Source of the DNA: Candidatus Eiseniibacteriota bacterium
Lineage (GTDB): Bacteria; Eisenbacteria; RBG-16-71-46
Direction: 5' to 3'
NCBI GenBank assembly: GCA_031364845.1
Contig: JANLWX010000203.1
Span: forward strand, 1 to 28,839
DNA length: 28,839 nt
The position numbers were made by a program, and so were the translations under genes. Below are positions 23,155-28,839 of this stretch, piece after piece. Within the stretch, counting starts at the first letter, position 1. Each line of letters begins with the position of its first letter. Below the pieces are notes generated by a model. The model was not told where the DNA came from, searched no databases, and was given only the letters and a program-made list of their open reading frames with translations.

Positions 23155-24960
23155 ATGACTCGACCGGTTCGACCTTCCAACTCCGCGTCCCGCAAGGGTC
23201 CGCGCGCGCTTCGCGCCGAGGGCTCCAACGGGACCAGCATGGCCCGAATTGAAAATGGCGCTCAGACTTCGCACCTTCCGGGCGAAGTCGCTCGCCAGGC
23301 CCAGCGCGAGATGGACCGTCTGCGCCGGCTCCCCCAGGGCTCTCCCGAAGCGGGGCAGGTGCGCGCCTATCTCCAGTGGCTGTGGTCGCTCCCGTGGGAG
23401 CGCGCGACCACCGAGAACGCCGACTTGAAGAGCGTGCGCCGCGTGCTCGACCGCGAACACATGGGGCTCGACAAGGCGAAGGAACGCATCATCGAGTACC
23501 TCGCCGTGCGCATGCTCAAGCCCGATCTTCCCGGACCCGCGCTGTGCCTCGTCGGCCCGCCCGGCACCGGCAAGTCGTCACTCGGTGCTGCGGTCGCGCG
23601 CGCCCTGCGGCGTCCGTTCGTCCGCATCAGCGTGTCCGGCACCACCGATGTCGTCGAGCTGCGCGGCGAAGCGCGCGCGATGCCCGGCGCCCAGCCCGGA
23701 AAGATCCTGCGCGCGCTGCGCGAGTCGGGCGTTCGCAACCCGGTGCTCGTGATCGACGGCGTGGACCGCCTGATCGGCGAAGCCGGACTCGGCGTGGTCG
23801 AGCTGCTGCTCGAACTGCTCGATCCCGAGAGCAGCTCGCACTTCACCGATCATTACGTCGGCCTGCCGGTCGACATGTCGCACGCCGTGCTGATCCTGTG
23901 CGCCAACGATCTCGACATGGTTCCCGACGCGCTGCGCGAGCGGCTCGACATGATCGAAGTTCCGGGCTACAGCGAGGAGGAGAAGCTCGAAGTCGCGCGC
24001 CGATTTCTGGTGCCGCGCCTGCTCGCCGACCATGGACTCTCGACGCGCGACGTCGCGCTGTCCGAAGACACGATGCGCGCGATCATCCGCCACTACACGC
24101 TCGAAGCCGGCGTGCGCGGACTCCAGCGTCAGATCGCGACCGTGTGCCGCAAGGTGGCGCATGCGCGCGCGACTGGCGACAGCAGCCGCTTCGCGGTGGC
24201 GACCGCCGACCTGGAGAAGCTCCTCGGGCACCGGCTGTACATGCACGAGCAGCTCAGCAAGACCAACGAAGTCGGCGTCGCGCTGGGGCTGGCGTGGACC
24301 GCCGCCGGCGGCGAGATCCTCGTGGTCGAGGCGCTCAAGATGCCGGGCACCGGCCGCGTCATGACCACCGGACAGCTCGGCGAGGTCATGAAGGAGTCGA
24401 TTCAGGCCGCGCATTCGTACGTGCGATCGCGCGCCGACGCGCTCGAGATCGACGCCGAAGCCTTCAACAACTACGACATCCACATCCACTTCCCCGCGGC
24501 CGGCGTCCCCAAGGACGGCCCGTCGGCCGGTGTGACCGTGGGTCTCGTGATCGCTTCAGTGCTGAGCGACCGCCCGATCCGCCACGACGTCGCGATGACC
24601 GGCGAAGTCAGCCTGCGCGGCCGCATCCTGATCGTGGGCGGACTGCGCGAGAAAGCACTCGCCGCGTACCGCGCCGGCTTGAAGGCGATGCTCTATCCCG
24701 CGGTCAACGAGAAGGACCTGAGCGAAATTCCCGAGGACGTGCGCCAGGGACTCGAACTGATCCCGGTCGAGAACATGGACGAAGTCTTCGACGTGGCGCT
24801 CCACCGCGTCATCCTGCCGCAGCGCATCGCCGGCAACTACGTGATCGAGATCGAAGACGACGACGATGACGAGGAAATCGAGATCGAGATCGAAACCGAC
24901 AACGGACACGAGCAGCCGCACATGGCCTCGACTCCGAAGCGCGGGCGGCGGCGGAGTTAG
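23155..24960 (+). CDS. lon: LonA-like S16 protease lacking the N-terminal domain, with a degenerate AAA+ module
   Basis: YLQWLWSLPW, HMGLDKAKERIIEYLAV, Walker A GPPGTGKSS, EAGVRGL, GLAWT, PKDGPSAG, MTGEVSLRG, GGLREK. Walker B reads VIDGVDR. Start is ATG 23155 or ATG 23239. Confidence 0.88.
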   Translation: MTRPVRPSNSASRKGPRALRAEGSNGTSMARIENGAQTSHLPGEVARQAQREMDRLRRLPQGSPEAGQVRAYLQWLWSLPWERATTENADLKSVRRVLDREHMGLDKAKERIIEYLAVRMLKPDLPGPALCLVGPPGTGKSSLGAAVARALRRPFVRISVSGTTDVVELRGEARAMPGAQPGKILRALRESGVRNPVLVIDGVDRLIGEAGLGVVELLLELLDPESSSHFTDHYVGLPVDMSHAVLILCANDLDMVPDALRERLDMIEVPGYSEEEKLEVARRFLVPRLLADHGLSTRDVALSEDTMRAIIRHYTLEAGVRGLQRQIATVCRKVAHARATGDSSRFAVATADLEKLLGHRLYMHEQLSKTNEVGVALGLAWTAAGGEILVVEALKMPGTGRVMTTGQLGEVMKESIQAAHSYVRSRADALEIDAEAFNNYDIHIHFPAAGVPKDGPSAGVTVGLVIASVLSDRPIRHDVAMTGEVSLRGRILIVGGLREKALAAYRAGLKAMLYPAVNEKDLSEIPEDVRQGLELIPVENMDEVFDVALHRVILPQRIAGNYVIEIEDDDDDEEIEIEIETDNGHEQPHMASTPKRGRRRS

Positions 24961-24976
24961 TTCCGGGCGACGGTTT

Positions 24977-26032
24977 TCACTCCCACCGGAACAGCTTCAG
25001 CGCCAGCGCGAAGCTCACGACCGTCCACGCCGCGAGCACCGCGAGTTCACTTCCGACGCCGGCAAGCCCTGCGCCTTCGTTCATGATCGCCCGCAGGGCG
25101 TCGTTCGTGGCGGTGAGCGGCAGCGCCTTCACGAATGGCTGCATCACGTCCGGGAAGCGAGCCGACGTGAAGAAGCTACCCGAGAGCACCCACATCGGGA
25201 CCATCGCGAAGTTCATGAGCCCGGACACGGCTTCGATTGTCTTCGCGCGGCTTGCGATCAAGAGCCCGAGCGCCGAGAACGCGATGGTGCCGAGCAGGAT
25301 CACGAGCGTGAGCGCGAGCCATGAGCCACGCACGGCGACGCCGAACGCGAGCGCTCCGAATCCGAGGATGACGATGATCTCGGGGATCAGCCACACCACG
25401 CGATTGAGCATCAGCGAGATCAGGTAGTCGCGACGACGCATCGGGGTCGCGACGAGGCGGCGCAGCAGTTTCTGTTGCCGCGCGGTCGCGACCGGAAACC
25501 CGATGCCCCAGAACCCGGTGCCGAGCAGATTGAGACCGATCAATCCGGGAATCAGAAAGTCGATATAGCGCGAGCCGGGACGCACGAGCGTGTCGTTGCG
25601 GATGTCGAGCCGGTCGCCGCGGCCGGCCGCGCGTTCGAGCGCGTCGTGGACCGTGAGCTGGGCGAGCCGCGTTTCGGGGCGCAGCGGGTCGTAGACCAGC
25701 ACCGGCCGCCCCGCGGAGTCCGCGCGCACGAGTACCGCGATGCGCCCGCGCCGCAGAGCGGTGGATGCGGAGTCGGCACTCATCGTCACGACGTCGAGAT
25801 CCGGCGACGCCGCGAGGCCGGCGACCAACGACGCCGTCGCGGCACTGCGTTCCACTCCGACGGTCGACCTGGGTGGACCCTGCTGTCGAAACGCGATGCC
25901 GAGTGCCAGCGCCAGCAGCACCGGGAATCCGAACGTCCAGAACACGGCTTCCGGCTCGCGCACGAAGCCGAGCACGCGCGTGCGCGTCAGCTCCCACAGC
26001 GGTCGCGCCTTGAACGGTGTTCGATCACTCAT
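24977..26032 (-). CDS. ABC-2 type transporter permease
   Basis: REPEAVFWTFGFP, YIDFLIPGLIG, LRRLVATP, LSGSFF, ALPLT, ending in LFRWE. Confidence 0.92.
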   Translation of the reverse strand: MSDRTPFKARPLWELTRTRVLGFVREPEAVFWTFGFPVLLALALGIAFRQQGPPRSTVGVERSAATASLVAGLAASPDLDVVTMSADSASTALRRGRIAVLVRADSAGRPVLVYDPLRPETRLAQLTVHDALERAAGRGDRLDIRNDTLVRPGSRYIDFLIPGLIGLNLLGTGFWGIGFPVATARQQKLLRRLVATPMRRRDYLISLMLNRVVWLIPEIIVILGFGALAFGVAVRGSWLALTLVILLGTIAFSALGLLIASRAKTIEAVSGLMNFAMVPMWVLSGSFFTSARFPDVMQPFVKALPLTATNDALRAIMNEGAGLAGVGSELAVLAAWTVVSFALALKLFRWE

Positions 26033-26984
26033 CGCGGAGCGTCCTGCCGGTGAGGCTCACGAATACGTCTTCGAGCGTCGCGTTGTGCGTGGTGAGGCTC
26101 CGCAGCGGGAGCGCCTGGCGTTCGAGCGTCGCGAGCAGAGCGGGAATCGTGATATGCGGCTCGCCGACGATCAGCGCAAAACCGGCGGCCTCGCGCCGCG
26201 CCTGGCGCACTGAGGGCAGCGAGGCGACCGATTCCAGCTCGAGCGCGCCTTGAACGCTGAACTCGACGATGTGTTCGGCGCCGAGCGAAGCGATCAGCTG
26301 AGCGGGCGTGCCGAGCGCGATGATCGCACCGTGATCCATGATCGCGACGCGGTCGCACAGCCGCTCGGCTTCGTCCATGTAATGCGTGGTCAGCATTGTG
26401 GTCTTGCCGCGCGCCTTGAACGCCTCGATCAAGTCCCACAGCTGGCGGCGCGACTGCGGATCGAGCCCGGTGGTGGGTTCGTCGAGGAACAACAGATCGG
26501 GATCGTTCACCAGGGCGCACGCGAGCGACAGGCGCTGGCGCTGTCCGCCCGAGAGTTTCGTGACCCAAACGTTCGTCTTCTCTTCGAGCGACACCTGCGC
26601 GATGACGTCTGCGGGATCGGGGCCACGGCTGTAGAAACTGCGGAACAGTCGCACGGTCTCACCGACCGTGAGCTTGTCCTGGAGCCGCGTCTCCTGAAGC
26701 TGGATCCCGAGCCGGTCGCGCAGCGCGTGGTCGGTCGCGGGCGTCCACGCCTGGCCCAGCACTTCGACTTCGCCCGAGGTCGGCGTGTTCAGGCCTTCGA
26801 GGATTTCTATGGTCGTCGTCTTGCCCGCGCCGTTCGGACCGAGCAGGCCAAAACACTCGCCGACCGCCACTTCGAGATCGAGACCATTCACCGCGACGAC
26901 CTGGTCGTAGCGTTTGACGAGGCCGCGCGTGGCGAGTGCGTGAGCGCCCGCAACGGAACCCGCGTTTGCGATCGAAGCGCTCAC
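26025..26984 (-). CDS. ABC transporter ATP-binding protein (DrrA/NodI-like)
   Basis: GTG 26984 overlaps the upstream TGA. GPNGAGKTT, LSGGQRQR, LDEPTTGLD, TTHYMDEAE. Confidence 0.93.
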   Translation of the reverse strand: MSASIANAGSVAGAHALATRGLVKRYDQVVAVNGLDLEVAVGECFGLLGPNGAGKTTTIEILEGLNTPTSGEVEVLGQAWTPATDHALRDRLGIQLQETRLQDKLTVGETVRLFRSFYSRGPDPADVIAQVSLEEKTNVWVTKLSGGQRQRLSLACALVNDPDLLFLDEPTTGLDPQSRRQLWDLIEAFKARGKTTMLTTHYMDEAERLCDRVAIMDHGAIIALGTPAQLIASLGAEHIVEFSVQGALELESVASLPSVRQARREAAGFALIVGEPHITIPALLATLERQALPLRSLTTHNATLEDVFVSLTGRTLRDE

Positions 26985-27367
26985 CGGGGTTCGGGCCCGC
27001 CGTCTTCGACATCTTCGTCGAGCACCACGCCGCCGCTCTCGAGTGCCGCGAGATAGTCGGCAATCAGCGCGCGCGCATCCTCGGCTTCGGCGCCCGGCAC
27101 CAGAATCTCGCCCCATGCGGTCGTCGACCAGTCGCGCCGGACGGTTCCGTATCCGGGCAGCGTCGCGCTGCGCAGCACCGCGCGCACACCGTGATGCACG
27201 AGCATCCCGCACAGCAGAGCACCCGCTGCGGCGTCGGGCACACGGTGGACGACCTGCGGGGTCATGAGCGCGTGTTCGGGCGGGTCATCGGTCAGCACGA
27301 CGCGGCACAGCGGGCATGCGGCGATCGCGTCGTCGTAACTGGCGCCGCATTCTGGGCAGTACTTCAT
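26981..27367 (-). CDS. Zinc-ribbon plus DUF2007-like (putative signal-transducing) small protein
   Basis: ATGA overlap at 27364-27367. MKYCPECG...CPLC Zn ribbon, then A.LL.G.L...G...EILVP...AEDARALI. Confidence 0.8.
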   Translation of the reverse strand: MKYCPECGASYDDAIAACPLCRVVLTDDPPEHALMTPQVVHRVPDAAAGALLCGMLVHHGVRAVLRSATLPGYGTVRRDWSTTAWGEILVPGAEAEDARALIADYLAALESGGVVLDEDVEDGGPEPR

Positions 27368-28569
27368 CGCGGCGTCCCCATCGCGACGCGCTCCTGAATG
27401 CGCGCGGCCGCTTCGATGATGTCCTCGCGCCGCGAGGCGAGCGACAGCCGCACGCGATTGCCGTACTCGGGACCGAACGCCGTGCCCGGCAGCACCGCAA
27501 CGCCCATCGCAAGCCAGCTGTCGACCAGCGCCCAGATGTCGCCAGCCCCGAGCGCGCCCGAGACGTCGGGAAACGCGTAGAACGTGCCCTGCGGCGACGG
27601 CACGCGCACGGCGCTCTGGCCCGCAAGACCCTGAATCAGCAGGTCGCGCCGCTCCTGATAGGAACGCCGCATGACCTCGACCGCGTCCTGCGGTCCGATC
27701 GTCGCCGCGCGCGCCGCGCTCTGCACCGATGGGAACACGCCGTGCGTGGTGTAGAACGAGAGGATCGGACCGATCACCGGCCGCAGCTCGGGAGGCGACA
27801 CGACATAGCCGATGCGCCAGCCGGTCATCGCATACGTCTTCGAGTACGTGTACGTACCGATCGTGCGCCCTGCCATGCCGGGCAGCGATGCGATGCTCAC
27901 ATGCTGAACGCCGTCGAACAGAATGTGCTCGTAGGCTTCGTCGCTCACTACCCACAGGTCGCGCTCGATCGCGACCTCGGCCAGCGCCGAAAGGAACTCG
28001 CGCGACAGCACCGCACCCGTCGGGTTGTTTGGCGAGTTGAGATAGATGCCGCGCGTCGACGGGCCGATCGAAGCGCGCAGGCGCGTGGCGAACTCCGCGG
28101 GCGTCCAGCGGCCTTCGAGAATCTCGAGATACGCCGGCAGCGTGCGATAGCTCGCACCCACGCAGCACGCGATCAGCTTCGGGATCGCCATCCAATGCGG
28201 CGACAGGACGAGCACTTGGTCCCCCGCGCCGAGCAGCGCCTGGAACGCGCAGTAGAGCGCATGCGTGCCGCCGAGCGTGATCACGATGTCATCGGGCTCG
28301 CACGCGATCGCGTTCTCGCGCGCGAGCTTCTCGACCAGGGCCAGGCGCAGCGGCAGCGTCCCGCGCGCGTCGGGGTAGTGCGTCTCGCCCGCGCGCGCCG
28401 CGGCCGCGAGCGCTTCCACGATGTGCGGCGGCGTGTCGAAGTCGGGCTCGCCGCGTTCGAGATGCAGCACACGTTCGCCCGCCGCTTCGCGCGCCTTCGC
28501 GGCAGCCATGACCTTCGCGAGCTCCGAGGTCATCGTGAGAACCGGCCGATCGGCGATGAGACGCGACAT
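27364..28569 (-). CDS. PLP-dependent aminotransferase class I/II (aspartate aminotransferase-like)
   Basis: GGAGG RBS before ATG 28569. GEPDFDTP, NSPNNPTG, SDEAY, SKTYAMTGWRIGY, PG.AFG. Confidence 0.93.
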   Translation of the reverse strand: MSRLIADRPVLTMTSELAKVMAAAKAREAAGERVLHLERGEPDFDTPPHIVEALAAAARAGETHYPDARGTLPLRLALVEKLARENAIACEPDDIVITLGGTHALYCAFQALLGAGDQVLVLSPHWMAIPKLIACCVGASYRTLPAYLEILEGRWTPAEFATRLRASIGPSTRGIYLNSPNNPTGAVLSREFLSALAEVAIERDLWVVSDEAYEHILFDGVQHVSIASLPGMAGRTIGTYTYSKTYAMTGWRIGYVVSPPELRPVIGPILSFYTTHGVFPSVQSAARAATIGPQDAVEVMRRSYQERRDLLIQGLAGQSAVRVPSPQGTFYAFPDVSGALGAGDIWALVDSWLAMGVAVLPGTAFGPEYGNRVRLSLASRREDIIEAAARIQERVAMGTPR

Positions 28570-28661
28570 GCGGAACCTCCGTGGATCGATGGACACAGGG
28601 AACGGGAACTCTATCACGCACTGCCACGCGCATTCGCGCTGGGTGGTTCCGCCCGAATGCG

Positions 28662-28677
28662 CGGCACATGGCTTGCC
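28662..28677 (+). promoter_or_regulatory. Candidate sigma54 promoter for the last (partial) gene
   Basis: CGGCACATGGCTTGCC = GGCAC-N5-TTGC, close to consensus, about 35 nt upstream of the GGAGG RBS. Confidence 0.6.
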
Positions 28678-28723
28678 TTGCGGGTGGCCACGTTTCGCTC
28701 AACGACTCAGGGAGGACCACGCC

Positions 28724-28839
28724 GTGTCCAAGTTCGATCTGCGCGACATCTCCGAGCGCCTTGCGCGCTCCAAGGATACCGAAGCCGTCGTATTCGAGTT
28801 CCTCGGCTATCTGCAGGGCGGCAGGTCGGATTGGGTCGC
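28724..28839 (+). CDS. 5' fragment of a gene running off the window (MSKFDLRDISERLARSKDTEAVVFEFLGYLQ...)
   Basis: GGAGG RBS at 28711-28715, GTG at 28724, open to the window end, typical codon usage. Not in the ORF track. Confidence 0.65.
   Translation, partial: MSKFDLRDISERLARSKDTEAVVFEFLGYLQGGRSDWV

Noticed and set aside
2529..28720. Many long antisense or alternative-frame ORFs (e.g. 2529..3692 -, 9775..11304 -, 14844..16556 -, 20927..22612 -, 23376..24869 +)
   Set aside because: Shadow ORFs expected in high-GC DNA; Arg/Ala/Pro-rich, no motifs, and fully overlapping well-supported genes.
1..28839. CRISPR array, transposase, integrase, prophage or defence system
   Set aside because: No regularly spaced direct repeats and no recognisable mobile-element or defence protein motifs on either strand.

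Overview
High-GC (roughly two-thirds G+C by eye) chromosomal window from a diderm bacterium (several outer-membrane beta-barrels). About 25 coding regions are present; I see no rRNA, tRNA, CRISPR array or mobile element. In order: an OM barrel with an (RD)7 tract; a translationally coupled pair of exported proteins (LolA-like beta-sheet protein plus Omp85-like barrel); a small secreted helical protein; two coupled amidohydrolases divergent from pabB-pabC; an alpha/beta hydrolase; a membrane GGDEF protein; a GNAT plus BoxB-like diiron operon; an OM barrel; glgP; a GGCT; bshB1-like, DUF885 and OM barrel genes; pbpG; a TSUP transporter; a Lon-like protease; and an aminotransferase, Zn-ribbon and ABC-2 exporter operon. 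The most unusual observations are: (1) an N-domain-less Lon with intact Ser-Lys dyad but broken Walker B (DG) and no pore-loop aromatic; (2) an orphan BoxB-type diiron enzyme with CxC motifs at both ends, paired with a GNAT and lacking BoxA/BoxC; (3) what looks like a DUF5686-type protein split into two exported parts; (4) an intact plus degenerate amidohydrolase pair, the intact one probably starting at CTG; (5) five sigma54-like -24/-12 elements, two of them nearly identical. All family calls come from motif recognition by eye, not from database searches.
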